This document shows, piece after piece, positions 37,944-47,404 of a stretch of 64,000 nt of DNA. This DNA comes from Candidatus Omnitrophota bacterium (GTDB taxonomy: Bacteria > Omnitrophota > Gorgyraeia > Gygaellales > Profunditerraquicolaceae). The notes beneath the pieces are model-generated. The model was not told where the DNA came from. It did not search any database and saw only the letters and a list, made by a program, of their open reading frames with translations. The position numbers and the translations under genes were made by a program. The stretch covers positions 61,755-125,754 of the forward strand of contig JBDRAV010000002.1 in NCBI GenBank assembly GCA_043823435.1, in the 5' to 3' direction. How positions within the stretch are numbered: the first letter of the stretch is position 1; every line of letters begins with the position of its first letter.

Positions 37944-39104
37944 ATGATAGGAAAAATTATAAAAAAAATATTCTTTATCTTTTTTGCCCTTTTGCTTTCG
38001 GTGATTTTGCTGGATATCGGATTAAGGATTATAGCGGGATTACGGGAAAGGATAGATAAAGAGAATGAAGTAATCGACCCGAAGATCCTGCTTTCTTCAT
38101 TTAAGGATGTAGATTGGGCCGAGAAGTATTTCCAGGAAAATAAAGCGAGCGGTCAGGAGGATTTTTTTCCTTTTTATGAATGGAGGACAAAAGAATTCCA
38201 CGGAGAATTTATCAACGTAGATGATCAAGGCAGAAGAAAGACATGGAACCTCGAAGACCGCGATATAAAACAGAACAAGAAAATATTTTGTTTTGGCGGT
38301 TCAACAATGTGGGGGCACGGAGTACGCGACGACTTTACTATCCCGTCGCTTCTATCCAGGAGGTTCGCTGAGGACCGGCGTAGCGACCTTTATTTTGTAA
38401 ATTATGGAGAGAATGCCTATACATTTACCCAGGAGTTAATTTATCTGATTTTATTGTTGAAGAAAGGAATAGTGCCTGATTACGTGATTTTTTACGACGG
38501 CGTAAACGAATGCCTTTCGGCTGCGCAGAATAAGAAAGCGGGCTTGACCATTAATCTAAACGATATGCGGGAGAAGCTACATTATAAGAAGCCTTCGTAT
38601 ATCCAGATGTTCCTTAAGGGTTTAAGCGGGATAATCGAACGTGACAGCCAGTTAATTAAATTAGTCAAAGGCCTCAGGGATAAATACGGAAAGAATAATA
38701 TAGGTAAGGATGATATTGATCCGATCGTGTCTAATGAGGAGGTGGAGTCTCTCGCGATGGACGTGGTGTCGGATTACAAGAGTAATGTTGATTTGCTTGA
38801 GCGCCTTTCTTCAAGCTATGGGTTTAAATATTTCTTATTCTGGCAGCCGGCAGTATTCCTGACGGACCCACTCACCGAAGAAGAAAAAAGTTTTGATTTA
38901 TGGCAGGACCGCTTCCTAGTTGAATTATACAAACAGACTTATAATAGGATCCGGCAGGAAGCAGGGTTGCTGAATTCTTTTGACCTGTCCCCTCTTCTGG
39001 ATAATAAAAATAAATCTCTGTATATTGATTTCTGTCATCTTAATGAAGAAGGAAACGCAATTATTGCCGAGCAGGTATATACTGTTTTAAAGGATAAATT
39101 ATAA
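37944..39104 (+). CDS. SGNH/GDSL hydrolase-family membrane-anchored protein
   Basis: FGGST, DGVNE and DFCHLN (DxxH). Confidence 0.8.
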   Translation: MIGKIIKKIFFIFFALLLSVILLDIGLRIIAGLRERIDKENEVIDPKILLSSFKDVDWAEKYFQENKASGQEDFFPFYEWRTKEFHGEFINVDDQGRRKTWNLEDRDIKQNKKIFCFGGSTMWGHGVRDDFTIPSLLSRRFAEDRRSDLYFVNYGENAYTFTQELIYLILLLKKGIVPDYVIFYDGVNECLSAAQNKKAGLTINLNDMREKLHYKKPSYIQMFLKGLSGIIERDSQLIKLVKGLRDKYGKNNIGKDDIDPIVSNEEVESLAMDVVSDYKSNVDLLERLSSSYGFKYFLFWQPAVFLTDPLTEEEKSFDLWQDRFLVELYKQTYNRIRQEAGLLNSFDLSPLLDNKNKSLYIDFCHLNEEGNAIIAEQVYTVLKDKL

Positions 39105-39106
39105 GC

Positions 39107-40120
39107 ATGGTGAATGAGGTTATATATAATACGGTTTTATATAATTATAAGGTCAAGAGAGTGGCCGGGTTCCTGTTAAGGAGCCGTTTCCTGACGGGAA
39201 ATCCCATATACCGTTTTTTATACGGCCGGGCCACGAGAAGAAAAATGCGGGCCTTTGAGAAGGTGCCTTTCAGGGTAATGCTGGAGAACACGAATCTTTG
39301 CGAGGCATACTGCGCTTTTTGCCCCCATAAAGATATGAAGAGGCAGGCAGGCGTTATGGATTTCGGCTTAACCAGGAAAATTATTGATGAGTGCAGGGAT
39401 TTATCCATAGACCACGTCACTATATACGGCTTTGGCGAGCCTCTGTTAGACAGAGATTTCTTTCGGCGCGTAGAATATGCCAAGAGAAAAGGCATTAAAA
39501 GAGTCACCACTAATACAAATGCAGCTTTCCTGGACGAAGGGAAGAACGGGTCGCTTATTGCTTCAGGGATCAATGAGGTATACATAAGCTTTGACGCCTT
39601 TACGGAGGGGACCTATAAGAAGATAAGGCCGAATCTTGACTTTGATAAAGTGAAACAGAATATATTGGATCTGATAGATAGAAGGAATAAAAACGAAAAA
39701 AACAGTCCTTTAATAGTCTTGAGTTTTGTCGAAAACGATATAAACAAGAATGAGGTACAAAGCTACATTAATTATTGGAAAGGTAAAGCGGATTATGTAT
39801 CCGTGTCTTTAGCACATAACTGGACAGGGGATATGCCCGGTTGTCCGGTTGCTGATGGTTCTTTCAGGGACCCCTGCCGTCTCCTTTGGACGGATATGTT
39901 TATACTGTATAATGGGGATGTGGCGTTATGCTGCAATGATTTTGACGGCCGCATCATAATCGGAAACGTAAAAGAGCGTTCTATCCGGGATATCTGGTCA
40001 GGGGAGAGGCTGGGCGGAATACGGCGTGAGCATATTAGACGCAATTTCGGCGCGGTCAACGTTTGTAAGGATTGCAATTATAATTACCACTATAAATCAA
40101 ATTGGTGGGTATCGAAATGA
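39107..40120 (+). CDS. Radical SAM/SPASM-domain protein
   Basis: CEAYCAFC and C-terminal PC...GDVALCC...CKDC. Confidence 0.88.
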   Translation: MVNEVIYNTVLYNYKVKRVAGFLLRSRFLTGNPIYRFLYGRATRRKMRAFEKVPFRVMLENTNLCEAYCAFCPHKDMKRQAGVMDFGLTRKIIDECRDLSIDHVTIYGFGEPLLDRDFFRRVEYAKRKGIKRVTTNTNAAFLDEGKNGSLIASGINEVYISFDAFTEGTYKKIRPNLDFDKVKQNILDLIDRRNKNEKNSPLIVLSFVENDINKNEVQSYINYWKGKADYVSVSLAHNWTGDMPGCPVADGSFRDPCRLLWTDMFILYNGDVALCCNDFDGRIIIGNVKERSIRDIWSGERLGGIRREHIRRNFGAVNVCKDCNYNYHYKSNWWVSK

Positions 40121-40139
40121 AAATGAAACGGAGGCTATT

Positions 40140-41192
40140 ATGAAGCGGGCTTTGATTACGGGCATAACCGGCCAGGACGGGGCCTATCTGGCAAAATTCT
40201 TACTGGAGAAGGGATATGAAGTATTCGGTACATACAGGAGGCTCTCTACCCCTAATTTCTGGAGGCTGCAATACCTGGATGTATTTGACAGGGTAAGCCT
40301 GATCCCGGCAGACCTCATCGATGCCGCATCGATAGGGGAGGCGCTTGAGATATCCCGGCCGCAGGAGATATACCATCTGGCGGCGCAGAGCTTTGTCGGG
40401 ACCTCCTTTGAGCAGCCTATAGGATCGGGCGAAATCACCGCACTTGGCGTAACGCGCATCCTTGAAGAGGTCAGGCAATTCGATCCAAAAATAAAATTTT
40501 ACCAGGCGTCTACTTCGGAATTGTACGGCAACGGCCATAAGAAGCCGCAGGATGAAGATACCTGTTTCAATCCTTCAAGCCCCTATGCGGCATCGAAGCT
40601 ATACGGTTACTGGATTACAAAGATTTACCGGGAAGGATACGGGATATTCGCATCTAACGGTATCCTCTTTAACCATGAATCGCCATTAAGGGGGCTTGAG
40701 TTTGTTACGAGGAAGATATCAAATGCGGTAGCAAAGATCAAGCTGGGCCTGGAGAAGGAATTAAGGATTGGCAATCTAAACGCCAAAAGGGACTGGGGGT
40801 ATGCCCCGGAGTATGTAGAAAGCATGTGGTTGATACTGCAGCAGGACAGGCCTGACGATTTTGTTATCGCTACTGGGGAAACGCACTCGGTGAAAGAATT
40901 CATCGTAGAGGCGTTCAGCAGGGCCGGCCTGAAATGGGAGAAATACGTGAAAACCGATAAGGCATTGCTAAGGCCCCTGGATGTGGATACCCTTTGCGGG
41001 GATTATTCCAAGGCGAAAAAGGTACTACGCTGGCAGCCCAGGATCAAATTCAAAGAATTGGCCCGGATAATGGTAGATGAGGATATCAACAGATGGCGTA
41101 GGTATTTAAAGGGGGAGCATTTCCCCTGGGACGCAGCAACATACCCTCATGAAAACAAGATACTTTCAAGAGAATATAAAAGGGATAGATAA
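40140..41192 (+). CDS. gmd: GDP-mannose 4,6-dehydratase
   Basis: ITGITGQDG, FYQASTSE, FNHESPLRG, FVTRKI and RDWG; start moved to ATG 40140. Confidence 0.95.
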   Translation: MKRALITGITGQDGAYLAKFLLEKGYEVFGTYRRLSTPNFWRLQYLDVFDRVSLIPADLIDAASIGEALEISRPQEIYHLAAQSFVGTSFEQPIGSGEITALGVTRILEEVRQFDPKIKFYQASTSELYGNGHKKPQDEDTCFNPSSPYAASKLYGYWITKIYREGYGIFASNGILFNHESPLRGLEFVTRKISNAVAKIKLGLEKELRIGNLNAKRDWGYAPEYVESMWLILQQDRPDDFVIATGETHSVKEFIVEAFSRAGLKWEKYVKTDKALLRPLDVDTLCGDYSKAKKVLRWQPRIKFKELARIMVDEDINRWRRYLKGEHFPWDAATYPHENKILSREYKRDR

Positions 41193-41201
41193 GGATAGAT
41201 A

Positions 41202-42425
41202 ATGCATTGCCGTATCTGCAAAAGTGAAAGATTAAGGCGTTTCCTAGACCTGGGCTCTACTCCCGCGGCCGATGATTTTCTTACTCCCCAGCGCCTTAAG
41301 GAGCCGGAGGCCAGTTATCCGCTTGAGGCCTATATTTGTGGAGAATGTTCTCTGGTACAGCTTGGATACGTAGTGCCGCCAGAAGTGCTTTTTCAGAAGG
41401 ATTACCCGTATGAGTCTTCCATGACAGAGACCGGCGTAAAACATTTCCATTCTTTTGCCAAAGAGGTGGCCGGCGAATTTAAATTAACGGCTGGTGATCT
41501 GGCCGTTGATATCGGCTCTAACGTAGGGGTATTGCTGGAGGGGTTCAAGAAACTCGGTATCGGCGTCTTAGGAGTTGAACCTGCGCCGAATATATGCAAG
41601 ATAGCAAGCCAGCGCGGGATAGAGACCCTGAATACTTTTTTTAATGAGGATACCGTATCCAGGATAATAGATGTAAAAGGGAAAGCAAAGATCATAACCG
41701 GAACTAACGTAGTTGCCCATATAGATGATCTGCACGCATTATTGAATAATATAGACCGTCTGTTGACAGAGGAGGGGGTCTTTATATTTGAAGCGCCTTA
41801 TCTGGTCAATCTGATCGAGAACAGGGAGTATGACACTATATACCATGAGCATTTATCTTATCTTTCGGTTAAGCCGCTGGTCAGGCTCTTTAACATGTTT
41901 GATATGGAGATCTTTGATATAAATAAACAGTCCATCCACGGCGGATCATTGCGTTATTTCGCTTCCAGAAAGAACGACTATAATATCTCCGGGCGCGTGG
42001 GAGAGCTGCTTGCCTTGGAGGAAGAGCGCAGGATATATGATATAAAAGTGCTGGAGGCATTTGCGCAGGATATCAGGGATAACAAAACAGAATTGACGCG
42101 CCTCCTGCAATCTTTAAAGAAGAGCGGCAAGAGGATAGCCGGTGTGGGGGCGCCGGCCAAGGGGATGACGTTATTGAATTATTGCGGGATCGGCACGGGA
42201 ATGTTGGATTTTATTACCGAGAAGTCAAAGCTTAAAATCGGGAAATATACTCCGGGAACGCATATCCCGGTCCTCCCGGATTCGGAATTATTGAAAGAGC
42301 GCCCCGATTTCGCGTTATTATTATCCTGGAACTTCGCGGATGAGATCATGGCGAATTTAAAAGATTATGCAGCGACCGGGGGAAAATTCATTATTCCGAT
42401 ACCCAGGCCCCATATCGCCGATTAG
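41202..42425 (+). CDS. NDP-sugar C-methyltransferase
   Basis: N-terminal CRIC...CGEC zinc site, DIGSN, YHEHLSY and GAPAKG. Confidence 0.88.
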   Translation: MHCRICKSERLRRFLDLGSTPAADDFLTPQRLKEPEASYPLEAYICGECSLVQLGYVVPPEVLFQKDYPYESSMTETGVKHFHSFAKEVAGEFKLTAGDLAVDIGSNVGVLLEGFKKLGIGVLGVEPAPNICKIASQRGIETLNTFFNEDTVSRIIDVKGKAKIITGTNVVAHIDDLHALLNNIDRLLTEEGVFIFEAPYLVNLIENREYDTIYHEHLSYLSVKPLVRLFNMFDMEIFDINKQSIHGGSLRYFASRKNDYNISGRVGELLALEEERRIYDIKVLEAFAQDIRDNKTELTRLLQSLKKSGKRIAGVGAPAKGMTLLNYCGIGTGMLDFITEKSKLKIGKYTPGTHIPVLPDSELLKERPDFALLLSWNFADEIMANLKDYAATGGKFIIPIPRPHIAD

Positions 42426-42440
42426 AGAGGGAAAGCCAAG

Positions 42441-42815
42441 ATGAAGATAAAAAGGATAAAAGTTTCATTTGCGGACAAAAGAGGAAGGATAAAGGATATC
42501 ATTGAAGGAGAGCGCATCGAATCTGTCACCCTTATTTCTTCCAAAAAAGGCTCCGCCCGGGGGAACCATTACCATAAGAAGTCGGTTCAATATAACTACA
42601 TAATCAGAGGGAAGATGAAACTTTTTAGCCGGATGCCCGGAGGAAAAACAAAGGTAACTCTTCTTAAGCCGGGGGATCTGGCCTGCAATCCCGAGGGTGA
42701 GCAGCACGCATTAGTCGCTCTGGAGGATTCGGAGTTCATGGTTTTTACGAGGGGCCCGCGGGGAGGCTCTAATTACGAAAAGGATACCTTTAGGTTAAAG
42801 GATAGGTTGGACTGA
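42441..42815 (+). CDS. Cupin-domain protein (sugar ketoisomerase/epimerase-like)
   Basis: DKRG, RGNHYH and a downstream His. Confidence 0.75.
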   Translation: MKIKRIKVSFADKRGRIKDIIEGERIESVTLISSKKGSARGNHYHKKSVQYNYIIRGKMKLFSRMPGGKTKVTLLKPGDLACNPEGEQHALVALEDSEFMVFTRGPRGGSNYEKDTFRLKDRLD

Positions 42816-42816
42816 T

Positions 42817-43944
42817 ATGAAAATGCATATACCTGTTTCCGGACCGTTAATCAGCGGCAGGGCGATACGAAATGTAATATCCGCATTGGAAGAAAGATCC
42901 ATTTCAGGGTTATGTGGGCGCTATCTTAATGAGTTTGAAGGCGCTTTTGCACGCTACTGCGGGAGTAAGTTCGGCGTCGCGACCAATAGCGGCACGACAG
43001 CCCTGCATATAGCCTGCGCGGCGCTCGGCATTAAAAAAGGCGATGAGGTGCTGGTATCGACGTTTACGAATATGGCCACTATTTTTTCCATTTTATATCA
43101 GGGTGCCAGGCCCGTAGCAGTTGATATTGAGCCGGATACCTGGAATATGGACCCTGGTTTACTGGAGAAGAAGGTTACCAGCAGGACAAAAGCCATATTG
43201 GCAGTACATATATACGGCCACCCCGCAGATATGTCTCCTATATTGAGTGTCGCCAGGAGGCACGGGCTTTACGTAATAGAGGATGCTGCTGAAGCGCACG
43301 GCGCACTCTATAACGGCAGAAAGGTGGGTTCTTTCGGGGATGCCGGGTGTTTTAGCTTTTACGCCAATAAGATCATTACCACCGGAGAAGGCGGTATGCT
43401 GGTTACTCAAAGCAGGAGGTTGGCAGATAAGGCGCGCTCATTGAAGAGCCTGGCATTCGGGGATAAAAATAAATTTATGCATCAGGATATAGGATTTGGA
43501 TACAGGATGACGAATATCCAGGCAGCCATAGGATGCGCGCAGCTGGAAGATATCGACAAGATAATCTCGCGTAAACGTCAAATAGCTAAATATTATAATG
43601 AAGGCCTGGCTGACGTCAAGGGCCTGCAGCTTCCGGTAGAGAAGGGCTATGCGAGGTGCGTTTATTGGATGTACCACGTAGTCGTGCATAAAAAATTCGG
43701 TATTTCAAGGGATCTGTTGATGAAAAGGCTCGCAGCTTGCGGTATAGAGACGCGGGAGTCTTTCGTACCCTATAATATGCAGCGTATTTTCATCAGGCGG
43801 GGGTGGGTTAAACCCGCAGAGTGCCCCGTGGCAAATTATGCCGCCAGGAACGGCCTTTATCTTCCCAGCGGACCGGGCTTGAAAGAGAAAGAATTGAATT
43901 ATATCGTAGATAAAATAACAAGTATTCAAAGGAAGTCCAGGTGA
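42817..43944 (+). CDS. DegT/DnrJ aminotransferase (perosamine synthase-like)
   Basis: SGTTALH, EDAAEAHG, FSFYANKIITTGEGG and YRMTNIQAA. Confidence 0.9.
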   Translation: MKMHIPVSGPLISGRAIRNVISALEERSISGLCGRYLNEFEGAFARYCGSKFGVATNSGTTALHIACAALGIKKGDEVLVSTFTNMATIFSILYQGARPVAVDIEPDTWNMDPGLLEKKVTSRTKAILAVHIYGHPADMSPILSVARRHGLYVIEDAAEAHGALYNGRKVGSFGDAGCFSFYANKIITTGEGGMLVTQSRRLADKARSLKSLAFGDKNKFMHQDIGFGYRMTNIQAAIGCAQLEDIDKIISRKRQIAKYYNEGLADVKGLQLPVEKGYARCVYWMYHVVVHKKFGISRDLLMKRLAACGIETRESFVPYNMQRIFIRRGWVKPAECPVANYAARNGLYLPSGPGLKEKELNYIVDKITSIQRKSR

Positions 43945-44705
43945 GCAACAACTTTAAAAAATACGCCGGGTATTATGACCTGATCTATAAGGATAAAGAT
44001 TACGGGAAGGAGTGCGAATTCATAGAGCGGATATTTAGAAAGTACGCCGCGCGCAAGCCCCGTTCTATCATGGACCTGGCCTGCGGGACAGGCAGCCATG
44101 CCATATCTCTGGCAGAAAGAGGATACAAGGTATATGGATCCGATATCTCTGCTGCGATGGTCGCGATAGCCAGGAGAAAGTCAAAAGAGAGGGGCCTGGA
44201 TACGGAGTTCCGTAAAGGCAGGATGCAGCATTCTGCTACCAGCAAGAAGTTTGACGCAGCGCTCATATTGTTCGCCTCCATAGATTATCTGACTAAGACA
44301 AAAGATATCAGGGGTACTTTTATCAACGTATCAGAGCACCTGAAAAAGAACGGGCTCTTCATCTTTGATTTCTGGAATGGTGATGCGGTGACCAGGAAGC
44401 TCATACCTAAAAGCACAAAGATAGTTTCCGATAAGGATATGCGGATAAAGAGGTCATGCGTAAAGCGCCTGGACATGGCAGCGCATTTATGCGAAGTGAA
44501 GTTCGATTTTTCGGTATATAAGAAGGGCAAGCTGGCGGATTCATTCCGCGAGAAGCACCTGATCCGTTATTTCTTCCCGGAAGAAATCAGAAGGCGCCTG
44601 GCGCTTTCCGGGTTTGAAATCTTAAAGATCTGCCCGTTTTTGAAATTAGGCAGGAGCATAAACGAAGACGACTGGGATATCACGGTTATAGCCAGGAGAT
44701 CTTAA
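43941..44705 (+). CDS. Class I SAM-dependent methyltransferase (possible sugar N-methyltransferase)
   Basis: YYDLIY and DLACGTG; follows the aminotransferase. Confidence 0.82.
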   Translation: MSNNFKKYAGYYDLIYKDKDYGKECEFIERIFRKYAARKPRSIMDLACGTGSHAISLAERGYKVYGSDISAAMVAIARRKSKERGLDTEFRKGRMQHSATSKKFDAALILFASIDYLTKTKDIRGTFINVSEHLKKNGLFIFDFWNGDAVTRKLIPKSTKIVSDKDMRIKRSCVKRLDMAAHLCEVKFDFSVYKKGKLADSFREKHLIRYFFPEEIRRRLALSGFEILKICPFLKLGRSINEDDWDITVIARRS

Positions 44706-46226
44706 ATGAAGATTTTGCTTATTAACCCCCCCATAACCAGGCATGAGAGCGACCCTCTGGCAGGAGAAGCGGGGAATCTGCCTCTGGGCCTTTGTTATAT
44801 AGCGGCTTATTTAAAGAAAAATAATTATGAAGTCAGGGTCCTGGATGCTATGGCTGAAGGGGTGGGGAATATTGAAAAGAGGGGGCAATTCGTAAGGACG
44901 GGCCTAAGCGAAGAGAAAATAGAGGAGGCGATCCGCGAATTCAATCCGCAGGTGGTGGGGATAACTACCATGTTTACTTCTTATGCGCAGGATTCACATG
45001 ACATCGCAAAATTGGTTAAGAGGATAGATAATAATATCCTGGTTGTTCTCGGGGGCGTGCATGCTACGGCCTGTTATGATATGGTCTTCTCGGATAAGAA
45101 CGTGGATATTGTAGTGAAAGGTGAGGGGGAGATCACTATCGTGGAATTGATGCGCGCGCTTGAAAAGAAAGAAGCGATTACCGGTATACCGGGAACGATA
45201 GTCAGGTCGGGTGGTGAGCTCTTAAATAACGCGGACAGGCCCTTTATCGAGGACCTGGATAGATTGCCGTTTCCGCAGAGGGAATTCCTTCCCGTAGATG
45301 TATATTTGCGGGGCGCGAGGCTCTCTTATTGTATGCGCCAGCCGGTGATGGGTATGGTGACCAGCCGCGGATGCCCCTGTCGTTGTTCTTATTGCGGCAT
45401 CCACGCCGTCTGGAAGCATACATGGCGGGCCAGGAGCGCGGCTAATGTCGCAGATGAAATAGAATATTTGATCCGCCTATATGGCGCAAAGGAGTTCCAC
45501 TTCTTAGATGACAGCATATCCGCAGATAAACAGCGTATGCATGAAATATGCGATGAGATAATCAAGCGCAAGCTGGATATACGCTGGACTACCCCTAACG
45601 GCATAGCAATATGGACGCTGGACGAGCTGTTGTTAAAGAAGATGCGTAAGAGCGGTTGTTACCGTCTTACTTTCGGGATCGAGTCAGGGAATGAGCCCAC
45701 GCAGAGATTTATCGGAAAAATAATCAAATTCGAGCACGCGAACAGGATAATCAAGGCTGCCAATAGCCTGGGGATGTGGACCCTGGCTACTTTTATCATC
45801 GGTTTCCCCTATGAAACCAGGGAAGAGATCTTTGAAACAATAGAATTTTCCAAGAAATTGGATATTGATATTGCATTTTATAACGTGTTAATGCCTTTTC
45901 CTACTACCAGGGTTTACGAAATATTCCATAAAGAAGGGCTGTTGCCGGTAAACAGGTCTCTGGAATTTTTTAATGCCTTTACCGGAAAAGGCGGCGGGTG
46001 CGATACGAAATTATTCAAGAAGGAAGAATTGGCAGAATTCAGCGATATAGCGCATCGGGAATTCTACCGCAGCAGGATAAAGAAATTCATGAATCCGTTC
46101 AGGATCATGAATAAAATAAGAAGTTGGGAATCCGCAGGTTATGTTTTTACATTGCTCAAAGGAGTCATTTCTTATTCTACGGGAGAGTTTGAAACTAAGT
46201 CGAACCCGGAAAAGGCAAGGACCTGA
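44706..46226 (+). CDS. B12-binding radical SAM protein (class B methylase-like)
   Basis: PLGLCYIAA, GGVHAT, GEGE, SRGCPCRCSYC and FGIESG. Confidence 0.9.
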   Translation: MKILLINPPITRHESDPLAGEAGNLPLGLCYIAAYLKKNNYEVRVLDAMAEGVGNIEKRGQFVRTGLSEEKIEEAIREFNPQVVGITTMFTSYAQDSHDIAKLVKRIDNNILVVLGGVHATACYDMVFSDKNVDIVVKGEGEITIVELMRALEKKEAITGIPGTIVRSGGELLNNADRPFIEDLDRLPFPQREFLPVDVYLRGARLSYCMRQPVMGMVTSRGCPCRCSYCGIHAVWKHTWRARSAANVADEIEYLIRLYGAKEFHFLDDSISADKQRMHEICDEIIKRKLDIRWTTPNGIAIWTLDELLLKKMRKSGCYRLTFGIESGNEPTQRFIGKIIKFEHANRIIKAANSLGMWTLATFIIGFPYETREEIFETIEFSKKLDIDIAFYNVLMPFPTTRVYEIFHKEGLLPVNRSLEFFNAFTGKGGGCDTKLFKKEELAEFSDIAHREFYRSRIKKFMNPFRIMNKIRSWESAGYVFTLLKGVISYSTGEFETKSNPEKART

Positions 46227-46231
46227 TCTTT

Positions 46232-47404
46232 ATGGAGATAATTGTTTTGGCAAATACGGTATTGGTAAAAGGAGGGATAAGCGGAGGGGATATAGTCCTT
46301 CCTTATATCAACAAATACTGGGGAGGAAGGTTCAAGATAAAAGTAATGACCACTACCCAGGGCAGAAGGGTATGGGAGAGCATAGGCTCAAACGCGGAAT
46401 TTATTCTCCTGCCCCATATGAAATATGAGGAGCGCGAATTAAAGTTTACCTTCCTTTTCACGTATATCATACGGACCATATTCGCTGCTTTAAAATTAAG
46501 CAAAATGTTGCATGGCCGGAAAGAGGGCAATATCGTTCTGAGCGCAAGCGATTTCTTTCCGGATGTTTTGCCTGCCTGCCTCCTTAAGGGCAAAGGCAAT
46601 TTCTGGGTTGCGCGCGTATACCACCTTATAAAATCCCCTTCCGAAAGAAAGGGCAACCCCTTGTTGAATATATTATCTTTTTTACTGCAAAGGGCGAGCC
46701 TTGCGATGATAAGGGCTAAGGCAGACCTTATCCTGACCCCTATAGGCACATACAAGGAATTATGCGCCCTGGGTTTTGATAAGGAGCGGATATTTATAAA
46801 TAACCCTGGGGTGGACCTGCAGAAGATAGATTCGGTAAGGCCGTCAGACAGGCATTACGACGCCATCTTCATAGGCGCCCTTTTACATAATAAAGGGTCA
46901 TATGATATCGTAAATATCTGGAACGAGGTTACAAAGAAGATAAGAGATGCGAAGCTGGTTGTGATCGGAGGCGGGCCCAAAAAAGAGGTAGAGGATTTTA
47001 AGAAGATGATAGAAGAGAGGGGCCTGGGTTCACATATCGAGTACCTGGGATTCGTCAGGGATATCGAAGATGTATACACCCGCCTTAAAAGCAGCAGGGT
47101 ATTGATTTTAACCGGCCATGAAAACGGATGGAGTATCCCCGTTTCAGAAGCATTCGCTTGCGGGATACCGGTAGTCGCGTATAACCTTAAGATGTTCGGT
47201 ACGGCATTCAAACGCGGCTTTATAAGCGTGCCTTTATACGATACCGGTAAGTTCGCAGAAGAGATCATAAATCTTTTAGAAGATGATAAACTAAGGGCAG
47301 AGTTATCCAAAGAGGCATACAGCGAAGGCCGCGGCCTGGGCTGGGATAAGGTATCGCAAGGTTTAGGCATTCGCTTGGAAGCATATTCTATCGAGAGGGG
47401 TTAA
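46232..47404 (+). CDS. Glycosyltransferase family 4
   Basis: SGGD and KG...ENGWSIPVSEAFACG. Confidence 0.85.
   Translation: MEIIVLANTVLVKGGISGGDIVLPYINKYWGGRFKIKVMTTTQGRRVWESIGSNAEFILLPHMKYEERELKFTFLFTYIIRTIFAALKLSKMLHGRKEGNIVLSASDFFPDVLPACLLKGKGNFWVARVYHLIKSPSERKGNPLLNILSFLLQRASLAMIRAKADLILTPIGTYKELCALGFDKERIFINNPGVDLQKIDSVRPSDRHYDAIFIGALLHNKGSYDIVNIWNEVTKKIRDAKLVVIGGGPKKEVEDFKKMIEERGLGSHIEYLGFVRDIEDVYTRLKSSRVLILTGHENGWSIPVSEAFACGIPVVAYNLKMFGTAFKRGFISVPLYDTGKFAEEIINLLEDDKLRAELSKEAYSEGRGLGWDKVSQGLGIRLEAYSIERG

Noticed and set aside
40026-40139. N-terminal extensions in the ORF track (gmd; also 34965, 52133, 56153, 59414, 61231)
   Set aside because: They overlap upstream genes; downstream ATGs with an SD or stop/start coupling match the family N-termini.
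41183-41202. 10-bp tandem duplication GGATAGATAA at the gmd stop
   Set aside because: It is a trivial local duplication that provides the next RBS; no further pattern.
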